From Escherichia coli (lineage in GTDB: Bacteria; Pseudomonadota; Gammaproteobacteria; Enterobacterales; Enterobacteriaceae): a stretch of 64,000 bases of DNA. This document shows positions 1-10,521 of this stretch, piece by piece; the first letter of the stretch is position 1, and each line of letters starts with the position of its first letter. Where the stretch lies: the NCBI RefSeq assembly GCF_003334765.1, contig NZ_QOWT01000011.1, one strand, 5' to 3'. The notes below the pieces were generated by a model, which saw only the letters and a program-made list of their open reading frames with translations, was not told where the DNA came from and searched no databases. A program made the translations under genes and the position numbers.

Positions 1-3000
1 CTGGGCGATATAGCCTGAAAGCGACGCGCCGACAGAACGGTCGGTGTTGCGAATATCGAACCAGAAGGTTTTGCTCTGGCGCTCATCGACAAACGGTTTC
101 GCCTGTTGCAGCAACTGCGCGTTCAGCAGGCCGTTATCAAACGGCGGGTTGTTTTCGGTGCAGTAGAGTGCCTTACCTGGATGCGGTTCGGCAGTCTCCA
201 GCAGCTTCGACAGCGCCAGCTTCTGCTGTTTGGCGGTGAAACCGTCCAGCTCTTTCAGCAGGTCGGTGCGACCAATCAGATCCACCAGACGTGTTACGCC
301 AAGCTGTGCCATCAGCTCGCGGGTTTCACGGGCGATAAACTCAAAGTAATTCGTCACCTTGAATGGCAGGCCGTGATAGTGGTTCTTACGCAGTTTGTCA
401 TCCTGAGTTGCTACACCCGTTGCGCAGTTGTTCAGATGGCAAATACGTAGATATTTACAGCCGAGCGCCACCATCGGGCCAGTGCCGAAGCCGAAGCTTT
501 CTGCGCCGAGAATCGCCGCCTTGATGATATCGACACCCGTTTTCAGGCCGCCATCGACCTGCAAACGGATCTTGTGACGCAAGCCGTTAGCAACCAGCGC
601 CTGCTGGGTTTCAACAAGCCCCAGCTCCCACGGACAGCCTGCGTATTTCACCGATGAAAGCGGACTTGCGCCGGTGCCGCCGTCATAGCCTGCGATGGTG
701 ATCAAGTCCGCATAAGCTTTTGCCACGCCAGTCGCGATGGTGCCTACTCCCGGTTCGGAAACCAGCTTCACGGAGATCATCGCTTTCGGGTTAACCTGCT
801 TGAGGTCGAAAATGAGCTGCGCTAAGTCCTCGATAGAGTAGATATCGTGGTGCGGCGGCGGGGAGATCAGCGTCACTCCGGGCACCGAATAGCGCAGTTT
901 GGCGATGTAAGGCGTGACTTTATCACCCGGCAACTGACCGCCTTCGCCTGGCTTCGCGCCCTGGGCGACTTTAATCTGAATGACGTCGGCATTGACCAGA
1001 TACGCCGGAGTAACCCCAAAGCGACCGGAAGCCACCTGCTTGATGCGCGACACTTTGTTGGTGCCGTAGCGCGCCGGGTCTTCGCCGCCTTCACCGGAGT
1101 TCGAATTACCGCCGATGCTGTTCATCGCTTCCGCCAGCGCCTCGTGGGCTTCCGGGCTTAACGCGCCGATAGACATCGCGGCGGTATCAAAGCGTTTAAA
1201 CAGTTCGCTTGCCGGTTCAACATCAGCAATGTTGACCGCGTTTTCACCCGGCGTAATTGCCAGCAGATCGCGCAGCGTGGTTGCCGGACGCTCATTAACC
1301 AGCTTCGCGTATTCCTGATAGTCGCTGTACTCGCCGCTTTGTACCGCTTGTTGCAGCGTGCGCACCACGTCCGGGTTGTAGGCGTGGTATTCGCCGCCGT
1401 GGACGTATTTCAGCAGACCGCCCTGGCTGATGGGCTTACGCGCCAGCCAGGCACGTTTCGACAGATTCAGCAGATCCTGCTGGAAGTCTTCAAAGCTTGC
1501 TCCACCAATGCGGCTGACCGCCCCCTGGAAGCACAGGCCCACTACATCATCGTGTAGACCGACCGCTTCAAACAGTTTCGAGCAGCGGTAAGAGGCGATG
1601 GTGGAGATGCCCATTTTGGACATGATTTTGTACAAGCCTTTGTTGATGCCGTTACGGTAGTTGAGCATCACGGTACGATAATCTTTGGCAATCGCATGGG
1701 TGTCTACCAGGCGGCCCAGCGTTTCATAGGCAAGGTATGGATAAATAGCCGTCGCGCCGAAGCCCAGCAACACGGCGAAGTGGTGCGGATCGCGGGCGCT
1801 GGCGGTTTCGACGATGATGTTGGCATCGCAACGCAGGCTTTGATCGACCAGACGGGTCTGGATCGCGCCAACCGCCATCGGGGCTGGAACCGGCAGGCGA
1901 TCTTTAGCGATATTCCGGTCGGAGAGCACCAGCAGCACGGTGCCGCTACGTACCATTTTTTCGGCTTTGTCGCACAGCTCTTTGACTGTCGCTTCGAGCG
2001 TGGTTTTAGTGACGTCAAAGGTGATATCCAGCGTATCTGCGCGGTAGTGCTCCTCTTTCATCGTCGTGAGCTGTTTGAAATCGGAGTAGAGCAGAATCGG
2101 CGATTTAAAGCTTAAACGGTGCGCCTGGCCCTCTGCTTCGCAAAAGACGTTCATTTCACGACCGATACTGGTGGCGAGCGACATAACATGCGCTTCACGC
2201 AGCGGGTCGATTGGCGGGTTAGTCACCTGGGCAAACTGCTGGCGGAAGTAGTCGTAAATAATGCGCGGCTGACTGGAGAGCACGGCGAATGGGGTATCAT
2301 CGCCCATCGAACCGACCGCTTCCTGACCGTTTTCGCCCAGTACGCGAATTACGGAGTCCAGCTCTTCCGCGCTGTAGTTAAACTGTTTCTGGTAGCTGGC
2401 AAGCGTGTCGTCGTCCAGTTCGCGGCTACCCACTTCTTCATCGGGCAGATCTTCAAACGGTACCAGTCGGCGGACGTTTTTCTCCATCCACTCTTTATAT
2501 GGATGGCGGCTTTTCAGATCGTCATCGGTTTCTGCCGAGTGCAGAATACGCCCACTGCGGGTGTCGATAACCATCAGTTCGCCTGGCCCGACGCGGCCTT
2601 TTTCGACCACTTCGTCAGGCTGGTAATCCCAGATACCGACTTCAGAGGCGCAGGTGATGAGCTTATCTTTGGTGATGACGTAGCGCGCCGGACGCAGACC
2701 GTTACGGTCGAGGTTACAGGCGGCAAAACGACCGTCGGACATCACGATGCCCGCCGGGCCATCCCACGGCTCCATATGCATGGAGTTAAAGTCAAAGAAG
2801 GCACGCAGTTCCGGGTCCATATCCGGGTTGTTCTGCCAGGCGGGTGGTACTAATAGACGCATGGCGCGGATGATATCCATCCCGCCTGCCAGCAGCAGTT
2901 CCAGCATGTTATCCATCGAACTGGAGTCAGAGCCGGTTTCGTTGACGAACGGTGCGGCGTCGTGCAGGTCAGGGATAAGCGGTGTCTGGAATTTATAAGT

Positions 3001-3855
3001 ACGCGCACGCGCCCATTGGCGGTTACCGGTGATGGTGTTGATTTCACCGTTATGCGCCAGATAGCGGAACGGTTGCGCCAGCGGCCAGCGCGGTACGGTG
3101 TTAGTGGAGAAGCGCTGGTGGAACAGGCAAATGGCCGATTCCAGACGCAGGTCCGCAAGATCCAGATAAAAGCGCGGCAGATCCGTCGGCATACACAGAC
3201 CTTTATAGATGTTCACCAGATTCGACAGGCTACAGACGTAGAAGTCTTTGTCGGCTTCGAGACGCTTTTCAATGCGGCGGCGGGCGATAAACAGACGGCG
3301 CTCCATATCGCGTGGACGCCAGCCTGCCGGGGCGTTCACAAAAATTTGCTCAATGCGTGGCAGAGAGGAGAGGGCGATTTCACCCAGCACGCCTTCGTTA
3401 GTGGGGACATCACGCCAGCCCACAATCGACAAGGTTTCGCGTTGCAGTTCTTCTTCAACGATGCGGCGTGCGGCAGCGGCGAGTTCAGGATCTTTATTCA
3501 GGAAGAGCATCCCGACAGCGTAGTTTTTTGCTAAACGCCAGCCGCGCTCCTGCGCAACGATGCGAAAAAAGCGATCCGGTTTTTGTAACAGCAAGCCGCA
3601 ACCGTCGCCGGTTTTACCATCGGCGAGAATCGCGCCACGGTGCTGCATGCGGGCCAGTGCGTGTATTGCAGTACGCACTACCTTGTGGCTAGGTTCGCCT
3701 TCTATGTGGGCGATCAGGCCGAAACCACAGTTATCCCTCTCAAGGGATTTATCGTACAACATATCGTGAACCTCCCCCAGGCTCTGCGGGAACCCCACTT
3801 CCGAACCGCTGCGCACGGGCACAGAAAGAGCGTGGCGACGGGGTTTGCGTGTCAT
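1..3855 (-). CDS. gltB: Glutamate synthase large subunit, 5' portion (3' end lies beyond window start)
   Basis: Reverse-strand ATG at 3853-3855 opens a frame reading MTRKPRRHALSVPVRSG...DNCGFGLIAHIEG (propeptide then Ntn-amidotransferase Cys); no minus-strand ORF ending in-window in the track, so the frame stays open to the edge. Confidence 0.9.
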   Translation of the reverse strand, partial: MTRKPRRHALSVPVRSGSEVGFPQSLGEVHDMLYDKSLERDNCGFGLIAHIEGEPSHKVVRTAIHALARMQHRGAILADGKTGDGCGLLLQKPDRFFRIVAQERGWRLAKNYAVGMLFLNKDPELAAAARRIVEEELQRETLSIVGWRDVPTNEGVLGEIALSSLPRIEQIFVNAPAGWRPRDMERRLFIARRRIEKRLEADKDFYVCSLSNLVNIYKGLCMPTDLPRFYLDLADLRLESAICLFHQRFSTNTVPRWPLAQPFRYLAHNGEINTITGNRQWARARTYKFQTPLIPDLHDAAPFVNETGSDSSSMDNMLELLLAGGMDIIRAMRLLVPPAWQNNPDMDPELRAFFDFNSMHMEPWDGPAGIVMSDGRFAACNLDRNGLRPARYVITKDKLITCASEVGIWDYQPDEVVEKGRVGPGELMVIDTRSGRILHSAETDDDLKSRHPYKEWMEKNVRRLVPFEDLPDEEVGSRELDDDTLASYQKQFNYSAEELDSVIRVLGENGQEAVGSMGDDTPFAVLSSQPRIIYDYFRQQFAQVTNPPIDPLREAHVMSLATSIGREMNVFCEAEGQAHRLSFKSPILLYSDFKQLTTMKEEHYRADTLDITFDVTKTTLEATVKELCDKAEKMVRSGTVLLVLSDRNIAKDRLPVPAPMAVGAIQTRLVDQSLRCDANIIVETASARDPHHFAVLLGFGATAIYPYLAYETLGRLVDTHAIAKDYRTVMLNYRNGINKGLYKIMSKMGISTIASYRCSKLFEAVGLHDDVVGLCFQGAVSRIGGASFEDFQQDLLNLSKRAWLARKPISQGGLLKYVHGGEYHAYNPDVVRTLQQAVQSGEYSDYQEYAKLVNERPATTLRDLLAITPGENAVNIADVEPASELFKRFDTAAMSIGALSPEAHEALAEAMNSIGGNSNSGEGGEDPARYGTNKVSRIKQVASGRFGVTPAYLVNADVIQIKVAQGAKPGEGGQLPGDKVTPYIAKLRYSVPGVTLISPPPHHDIYSIEDLAQLIFDLKQVNPKAMISVKLVSEPGVGTIATGVAKAYADLITIAGYDGGTGASPLSSVKYAGCPWELGLVETQQALVANGLRHKIRLQVDGGLKTGVDIIKAAILGAESFGFGTGPMVALGCKYLRICHLNNCATGVATQDDKLRKNHYHGLPFKVTNYFEFIARETRELMAQLGVTRLVDLIGRTDLLKELDGFTAKQQKLALSKLLETAEPHPGKALYCTENNPPFDNGLLNAQLLQQAKPFVDERQSKTFWFDIRNTDRSVGASLSGYIAQ

Positions 3856-4436
3856 ACGCGCGCCTCGCATTCGCCCCCTTGTTGTCCTTTTCGCATCGGT
3901 TAATACGGTGAAGAGGGGATCTCAATTACTGCATAAATATGATGAGCAGGCTGCTCATCCAGAAAGCTTCCAGCGGATTTCCAACTTATCGGGAAAGCTG
4001 ATACAGGTCAAATGGCAAGCTTATTGGTACAGAAATGTGCTTTAGCGCAAAATTCTTTATTAAATGACTGAAATTAAAATGGATTTCATCTTTAAGGCTA
4101 AAAGGGAAGTCGTTAGAGAAACAGTCAATTCCTGACTGTCATAAAGGTGTGTTAACCCTTATCCTGCCTTGAACTGACGACAAAACCAGCATTTTATACT
4201 GCCTTAATTGGTAATGACGTTTCATGCTACTGTTTTTGCCTAAAATCCATCAGGAGATAAAAAAATCTGACACAAGATAAGCAAAAGTGATTTATGTGAT
4301 TATGCATGAAATTTCGGTAATTTTGATTGATTATGCAGTTGATAAAAGCAGGCCGGGACGATTGATCCAGGTCATCGCCGAATTGAGCTAAAAATGGCAG
4401 GCTTTGGCCTCTTTTCAAGGCGCGGTCTATCAGATT

Positions 4437-5366
4437 ATGCAGTTACAGAAATTAGTCAATATGTTTGGTGGTGATCTCACCCGTCGTTATGGGCAAAAGG
4501 TGCATAAGCTGACGCTGCACGGCGGTTTTAGCTGCCCTAACCGTGACGGTACCATCGGGCGTGGTGGCTGCACATTCTGTAATGTTGCCTCGTTTGCCGA
4601 TGAAGCGCAGCAGCATCGTTCCATTGCCGAGCAACTGGCGCACCAGGCGAATTTAGTTAACCGCGCTAAACGCTATCTGGCCTACTTTCAGGCGTATACC
4701 AGCACCTTTGCGGAAGTTCAGGTGCTGCGTTCTATGTATCAGCAGGCGGTGAGCCAGGCCAATATTGTCGGTTTGTGTGTGGGTACCCGCCCGGACTGCG
4801 TGCCGGATGCGGTGCTGGATCTGCTTTGCGAATATAAGGACCAGGGTTACGAAGTGTGGCTGGAGCTGGGGCTACAAACCGCCCACGACAAAACACTGCA
4901 TCGCATCAACCGCGGCCATGATTTTGCCTGTTATCAGCGTACAACCCAGCTGGCACGTCAGCGCGGGCTGAAGGTGTGTTCCCACTTAATTGTCGGCCTG
5001 CCTGGCGAAGGGCAGGCTGAATGTTTGCAAACGCTGGAGCGAGTGGTTGAAACCGGCGTGGACGGCATAAAGCTGCATCCGCTGCATATTGTGAAAGGCA
5101 GCATTATGGCGAAAGCCTGGGAAGCGGGGCGTTTGAACGGTATTGAACTGGAGGATTACACGCTCACTGCCGGAGAAATGATTCGCCATACGCCACCGGA
5201 AGTGATCTACCACCGCATTTCCGCCAGCGCCCGTCGCCCGACGCTGCTTGCTCCGCTGTGGTGCGAAAATCGATGGACGGGAATGGTCGAGCTGGATCGC
5301 TATCTGAATGAACATGGCGTACAGGGATCGGCGCTGGGACGTCCGTGGCTACCTCCAACGGAGTAG
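4437..5366 (+). CDS. yhcC: Radical SAM family protein YhcC (function unknown)
   Basis: ORF 4404-5366; product from internal Met MQLQKLVNMFGG... (309 aa) with Cys-rich radical-SAM-like segment GGFSCPNRDGTIGRGGCTFC. Confidence 0.85.
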   Translation: MQLQKLVNMFGGDLTRRYGQKVHKLTLHGGFSCPNRDGTIGRGGCTFCNVASFADEAQQHRSIAEQLAHQANLVNRAKRYLAYFQAYTSTFAEVQVLRSMYQQAVSQANIVGLCVGTRPDCVPDAVLDLLCEYKDQGYEVWLELGLQTAHDKTLHRINRGHDFACYQRTTQLARQRGLKVCSHLIVGLPGEGQAECLQTLERVVETGVDGIKLHPLHIVKGSIMAKAWEAGRLNGIELEDYTLTAGEMIRHTPPEVIYHRISASARRPTLLAPLWCENRWTGMVELDRYLNEHGVQGSALGRPWLPPTE

Positions 5367-5461
5367 GTTGTTGAGGGGAATTCCGCATTTCTCACACAAT
5401 TTATAACGTAACTGTCAGAATTGGGTATTATTGGGGCAGGTTGTCGTGAAGGAATTCCCTA

Positions 5462-7798
5462 ATGAAGCAAATTCGTCTGCTGGCGCAGTATTATGTTGAC
5501 CTGATGATGAAGTTAGGTCTGGTGCGCTTCTCAATGTTGCTGGCGCTGGCCCTCGTCGTTCTTGCCATTGTGGTACAAATGGCGGTAACCATGGTGCTGC
5601 ATGGTCAGGTCGAAAGCATTGATGTTATTCGTTCTATCTTCTTTGGTTTGCTGATTACGCCGTGGGCGGTCTACTTTCTATCGGTGGTCGTCGAGCAACT
5701 GGAGGAGTCACGACAACGTCTGTCACGGCTGGTGCAAAAACTGGAGGAGATGCGCGAGCGCGATTTGAGCCTCAACGTTCAGTTAAAAGATAATATTGCC
5801 CAGCTAAATCAGGAAATTGCCGTTCGTGAAAAAGCGGAAGCAGAACTGCAGGAAACCTTCGGCCAACTGAAAATTGAAATCAAAGAGCGCGAAGAGACAC
5901 AAATTCAGCTCGAGCAGCAATCCTCATTCTTACGTTCCTTCCTTGATGCTTCACCCGACCTGGTTTTTTATCGTAACGAAGATAAAGAGTTTTCCGGCTG
6001 TAACCGCGCGATGGAGCTGCTGACCGGAAAAAGCGAAAAACAACTGGTTCACCTGAAACCTGCTGATGTTTACTCACCGGAAGCCGCCGCAAAAGTCATT
6101 GAAACCGATGAAAAAGTGTTCCGTCATAATGTGTCACTGACCTATGAACAGTGGCTGGATTACCCGGATGGGCGCAAAGCCTGCTTTGAAATCCGTAAAG
6201 TGCCGTACTACGACCGCGTGGGTAAACGTCACGGTTTGATGGGCTTTGGTCGCGACATTACCGAGCGTAAGCGGTATCAGGATGCGCTTGAACGGGCCAG
6301 CCGCGACAAAACGACGTTTATCTCCACCATCAGTCACGAATTGCGTACACCGCTGAACGGTATCGTCGGTCTGAGCCGCATTCTGCTGGATACCGAACTC
6401 ACCGCCGAGCAGGAAAAATATCTCAAGACCATCCATGTTTCGGCCGTCACGCTGGGGAATATCTTTAACGATATTATCGACATGGATAAGATGGAACGGC
6501 GCAAGGTCCAGCTTGATAATCAACCGGTTGATTTCACCAGCTTCCTTGCCGATCTGGAAAATCTCTCCGCATTGCAGGCGCAACAAAAAGGATTGCGCTT
6601 TAACCTGGAGCCGACGCTGCCATTACCGCATCAGGTCATTACCGACGGGACGCGTTTACGGCAGATCCTGTGGAACCTCATCAGTAACGCCGTCAAATTC
6701 ACCCAGCAAGGCCAGGTTACCGTGCGCGTGCGCTACGATGAAGGCGATATGCTGCATTTTGAAGTGGAAGACTCTGGTATCGGCATTCCGCAGGATGAGC
6801 TGGATAAAATTTTCGCCATGTATTACCAGGTGAAAGACAGTCATGGCGGTAAACCTGCCACCGGCACCGGTATTGGTCTGGCCGTTTCTCGTCGTCTGGC
6901 GAAAAATATGGGCGGCGATATTACGGTTACCAGCGAACAGGGCAAAGGTTCAACCTTTACGTTGACGATCCACGCACCGTCGGTAGCAGAAGAGGTCGAT
7001 GATGCGTTTGATGAAGACGATATGCCTTTACCGGCGCTGAATGTGCTGCTGGTGGAAGACATTGAACTGAACGTGATTGTTGCGCGTTCTGTGCTGGAAA
7101 AATTAGGTAACAGCGTTGATGTCGCCATGACCGGCAAGGCGGCGCTGGAGATGTTTAAACCGGGCGAATACGACCTGGTGTTGCTGGATATTCAGTTGCC
7201 AGATATGACCGGGCTGGATATCTCTCGTGAACTGACGAAACGTTATCCGCGCGAGGATTTACCGCCGCTGGTGGCCTTAACCGCTAACGTGCTGAAAGAC
7301 AAACAAGAGTACCTCAATGCTGGAATGGATGATGTGCTGAGTAAGCCGCTTTCTGTTCCGGCGCTAACCGCGATGATCAAGAAATTCTGGGATACCCAGG
7401 ATGATGAGGAGAGTACGATGACGACAGAAGAGAACAGTAAATCAGAAGCATTGCTCGATATTCCCATGCTGGAACAGTATCTCGAACTTGTAGGACCGAA
7501 GCTGATCACCGACGGGTTAGCGGTGTTTGAGAAGATGATGCCGGGCTATGTCAGCGTGCTGGAGTCGAATCTGACGGCGCAGGATAAAAAAGGCATTGTT
7601 GAGGAAGGACATAAAATTAAAGGTGCGGCGGGGTCAGTGGGGTTACGCCATCTGCAACAGCTGGGTCAGCAAATTCAGTCTCCTGACCTTCCGGCCTGGG
7701 AAGATAACGTCGGTGAATGGATTGAAGAGATGAAAGAAGAGTGGCGTCACGACGTAGAAGTGCTGAAAGCGTGGGTGGCAAAAGCCACTAAAAAATGA
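5462..7798 (+). CDS. arcB: Aerobic respiration control sensor histidine kinase ArcB (778 aa)
   Basis: Full-length ORF; H-box ISHELRTPLNG, receiver and HPt domains; matches ArcB. Confidence 0.95.
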   Translation: MKQIRLLAQYYVDLMMKLGLVRFSMLLALALVVLAIVVQMAVTMVLHGQVESIDVIRSIFFGLLITPWAVYFLSVVVEQLEESRQRLSRLVQKLEEMRERDLSLNVQLKDNIAQLNQEIAVREKAEAELQETFGQLKIEIKEREETQIQLEQQSSFLRSFLDASPDLVFYRNEDKEFSGCNRAMELLTGKSEKQLVHLKPADVYSPEAAAKVIETDEKVFRHNVSLTYEQWLDYPDGRKACFEIRKVPYYDRVGKRHGLMGFGRDITERKRYQDALERASRDKTTFISTISHELRTPLNGIVGLSRILLDTELTAEQEKYLKTIHVSAVTLGNIFNDIIDMDKMERRKVQLDNQPVDFTSFLADLENLSALQAQQKGLRFNLEPTLPLPHQVITDGTRLRQILWNLISNAVKFTQQGQVTVRVRYDEGDMLHFEVEDSGIGIPQDELDKIFAMYYQVKDSHGGKPATGTGIGLAVSRRLAKNMGGDITVTSEQGKGSTFTLTIHAPSVAEEVDDAFDEDDMPLPALNVLLVEDIELNVIVARSVLEKLGNSVDVAMTGKAALEMFKPGEYDLVLLDIQLPDMTGLDISRELTKRYPREDLPPLVALTANVLKDKQEYLNAGMDDVLSKPLSVPALTAMIKKFWDTQDDEESTMTTEENSKSEALLDIPMLEQYLELVGPKLITDGLAVFEKMMPGYVSVLESNLTAQDKKGIVEEGHKIKGAAGSVGLRHLQQLGQQIQSPDLPAWEDNVGEWIEEMKEEWRHDVEVLKAWVAKATKK

Positions 7799-7910
7799 CC
7801 CCGGCTAGACCGGGGTGCGCGAATACTGCGCCAACACCAGGGAAATCTTGGCTGCGCCGTAAATTATTATGATGAGTTACAAGGGCACAGCACTGTTTTT
7901 CAGGCCGCAC
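7790..7910 (-). ncRNA. arcZ: ArcZ small RNA (SraH/RyhA), convergent with arcB
   Basis: Reverse complement reads GTGCGGCCTGAAAAACAGTGCTGTGCCC...GCGCACCCCGGTCTAGCCGGGGTCATTTTTT; terminator hairpin plus U-run overlaps the arcB stop codon (7796-7798). Confidence 0.8.
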
Positions 7911-8027
7911 GCAGTTAAGATAGCAAAACTTAAATGATTTGTTACATGAATCAGTTAAATGTGTGATGCGTACCATTTTTATTAAAAAAATTAATGTGTT
8001 TCAGTCAATTGCGAAAGGATGATCACA

Positions 8028-8681
8028 ATGAAGAAAATTGGCGTAATTCTGAGCGGATGCGGCGTCTATGACGGTTCTGAAATTCATGAAGCGGTGTTGA
8101 CGTTGTTAGCTATTTCACGCAGCGGTGCGCAGGCGGTCTGCTTTGCACCGGATAAGCAGCAGGTTGATGTTATCAACCATTTAACTGGCGAAGCGATGAC
8201 GGAAACGCGCAATGTGCTGATTGAAGCGGCACGAATAACGCGCGGTGAAATCCGTCCTCTGGCCCAGGCCGATGCCGCTGAACTGGATGCGTTGATTGTG
8301 CCGGGGGGGTTTGGCGCGGCGAAGAATTTAAGCAATTTTGCCAGTCTTGGTAGCGAATGCACCGTTGACCGTGAATTAAAGGCGCTGGCACAAGCGATGC
8401 ATCAGGCCGGAAAACCGCTTGGTTTTATGTGTATTGCCCCGGCGATGCTGCCGAAAATTTTCGATTTCCCGCTGCGTTTGACCATCGGTACTGATATCGA
8501 TACCGCAGAAGTGCTGGAAGAGATGGGCGCGGAGCATGTGCCGTGTCCTGTCGATGATATCGTGGTTGATGAAGACAATAAGATTGTCACCACCCCAGCA
8601 TATATGCTGGCGCAGAACATTGCAGAAGCGGCGAGCGGCATTGATAAGCTGGTTTCCCGCGTGCTGGTTCTGGCTGAATGA
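8028..8681 (+). CDS. elbB: Glyoxalase/DJ-1-like protein ElbB (217 aa)
   Basis: ORF 8019-8681; product from [23 protein letters not shown]... Confidence 0.85.
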   Translation: MKKIGVILSGCGVYDGSEIHEAVLTLLAISRSGAQAVCFAPDKQQVDVINHLTGEAMTETRNVLIEAARITRGEIRPLAQADAAELDALIVPGGFGAAKNLSNFASLGSECTVDRELKALAQAMHQAGKPLGFMCIAPAMLPKIFDFPLRLTIGTDIDTAEVLEEMGAEHVPCPVDDIVVDEDNKIVTTPAYMLAQNIAEAASGIDKLVSRVLVLAE

Positions 8682-9406
8682 GTAAAAGCCGCTTAACGGT
8701 GTTTAGTTTCGTTCGCCGTTTTCTTTTGCGGTTAATGGTTGTCCTCGCCGTTTTCTGGGGCGGGGGCATCGCGTTGTTTAGCGTTGCGCCTGTTCCCTTC
8801 TCAGCGGTAATGGTCGAGCGACAGGTCAGCGCCTGGCTGCATGGCAATTTTCGTTACGTGGCACATTCTGACTGGGTCAGTATGGATCAAATCTCGCCGT
8901 GGATGGGACTGGCGGTGATTGCCGCAGAAGATCAGAAATTTCCTGAGCACTGGGGCTTTGATGTCGCTTCCATTGAGAAAGCCCTGGCGCACAACGAGCG
9001 CAATGAAAACCGTATTCGCGGTGCTTCAACGATTTCTCAACAGACAGCCAAAAATCTCTTTTTATGGGATGGGCGTAGCTGGGTTCGAAAAGGGCTGGAA
9101 GCCGGATTAACGCTGGGGATAGAAACGGTCTGGAGCAAAAAGCGTATCCTGACGGTTTACCTGAATATCGCCGAATTTGGCGACGGTGTGTTTGGCGTCG
9201 AAGCTGCGGCACAACGTTATTTCCACAAACCCGCGAGCAAACTTACCCGGTCGGAAGCTGCATTACTGGCAGCTGTATTACCTAATCCACTTCGTTTCAA
9301 AGTCTCCTCGCCATCGGGCTACGTGCGTAGCCGTCAGGCGTGGATTTTACGGCAGATGTATCAGTTAGGCGGTGAGCCGTTTATGCAACAACACCAGCTG
9401 GATTAA
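8678..9406 (+). CDS. mtgA: Monofunctional peptidoglycan glycosyltransferase MtgA (242 aa)
   Basis: Full-length ORF, ATGA overlap with elbB stop; GT51 motifs ([12 protein letters not shown]). Confidence 0.9.
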   Translation: MSKSRLTVFSFVRRFLLRLMVVLAVFWGGGIALFSVAPVPFSAVMVERQVSAWLHGNFRYVAHSDWVSMDQISPWMGLAVIAAEDQKFPEHWGFDVASIEKALAHNERNENRIRGASTISQQTAKNLFLWDGRSWVRKGLEAGLTLGIETVWSKKRILTVYLNIAEFGDGVFGVEAAAQRYFHKPASKLTRSEAALLAAVLPNPLRFKVSSPSGYVRSRQAWILRQMYQLGGEPFMQQHQLD

Positions 9407-10035
9407 GCTTCGCGCGAAGTGAGGGCCAGCGTTTTGCTCTCACGAGGTTGCAGATCTTTCTGCAGGGCAATAGCCAGCGCCGGTTGGGCGATAAATCGTT
9501 TCCATAACCGCTCTTGCTTACGCAGACAACACCACTTCGACCAGGTCGCCAGTGGAATCAATGTGCTTTCACCAATGTTGTCGCAGACGACCGGGATAAC
9601 CTCTGACTCACTGATGCGGTGACAGAGGATATTCTGCGGCTTCAGCGACATCGTCACGATACGGTTATCCTGCAAATAACGCTTCAGCTGTTTCAGTAGC
9701 TGGCGCAGTTGTGCAATGTCTTCTTCGTAACGGCATTGTTCAGCAAATTCGGTCAGCGTAATGGAAGGCTTGCCGTCAAAATCTGCAATCACATCGTAGA
9801 CATAACCGGTTCCGCAATCCGTCTCAACGGTACCGTGATAGCGCGGTATTCCACTCCAGTCTTTTAACCGGCGACCAAGATGCGCGTAGTACTTTAACTC
9901 ACGGCGGATCTCTTTATCGCCACCATCGCCACGATGGTAGACAATCTTGATACAGCGTTGGGCATCTTCCGGATGCGCATAACATTTCCGATGTCTTCCG
10001 GTGCCCAGGGGACTTTGTTCAGATAAGCGAATCAT
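9403..10035 (-). CDS. yrbL: PhoP-regulated protein YrbL (210 aa)
   Basis: ORF 9403-10092; product from internal Met [24 protein letters not shown]... Confidence 0.8.
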   Translation of the reverse strand: MIRLSEQSPLGTGRHRKCYAHPEDAQRCIKIVYHRGDGGDKEIRRELKYYAHLGRRLKDWSGIPRYHGTVETDCGTGYVYDVIADFDGKPSITLTEFAEQCRYEEDIAQLRQLLKQLKRYLQDNRIVTMSLKPQNILCHRISESEVIPVVCDNIGESTLIPLATWSKWCCLRKQERLWKRFIAQPALAIALQKDLQPRESKTLALTSREA

Positions 10036-10085
10036 GCCATCTCCTGGAAATATTTTCTGACGATCTCCAGTATGGTCGATTAACT

Positions 10086-10102
10086 TAAACAAAACCTAAA
10101 CA
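10086..10102 (-). promoter_or_regulatory. PhoP box direct repeat in the yrbL promoter
   Basis: Minus strand reads TGTTTA-GGTTT-TGTTTA, a perfect (T/G)GTTTA-N5-(T/G)GTTTA repeat about 50-65 nt upstream of the yrbL ATG. Confidence 0.5.
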
Positions 10103-10248
10103 ATGCCTCTTAAGGTTTTCTTAAGGTTCTTCTGAAAGTGAAAAGCGCACAAAATGTACAAATGACGTTGATTGAGAACGATTTCAGTACGTGATTTTCT
10201 TATTGTCGGGGGGAGTTTGAAGGGAGTTGTATGTCAAAGTGATGAAGA

Positions 10249-10521
10249 TTAATCTTCATCAAAACCAGAATTAAAGAGGGCGATAACGGCGGCCAGTGCT
10301 TCCTCTTCCTGTGGACCGGTCGCTTCAACTTCAATCTGCCGTCCTTTGGCAGAATCCAACATCAGCAGCGCAATAACGCTGTTGGCTTCAGCCTCGGTGC
10401 CTTCGTCATTACGTAAGAGCACTTCAGCGTCAAAACCCTGCATTAATTCAAACAGCTTCATTGCAGGCCGGGCATGCATGCCCAGCTTGTTTGTGATTTC
10501 AACAGTTTGCTTGACGGTCAT
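10249..10521 (-). CDS. npr: Nitrogen-PTS phosphocarrier protein NPr (90 aa)
   Basis: Full [29 protein letters not shown]...; HPr-like. Confidence 0.9.

Noticed and set aside
2119-3534. Plus-strand ORFs (244 aa, 190 aa) at the window start
   Set aside because: They lie antisense to the gltB coding sequence, which is continuous on the minus strand from 3855 to the window edge.
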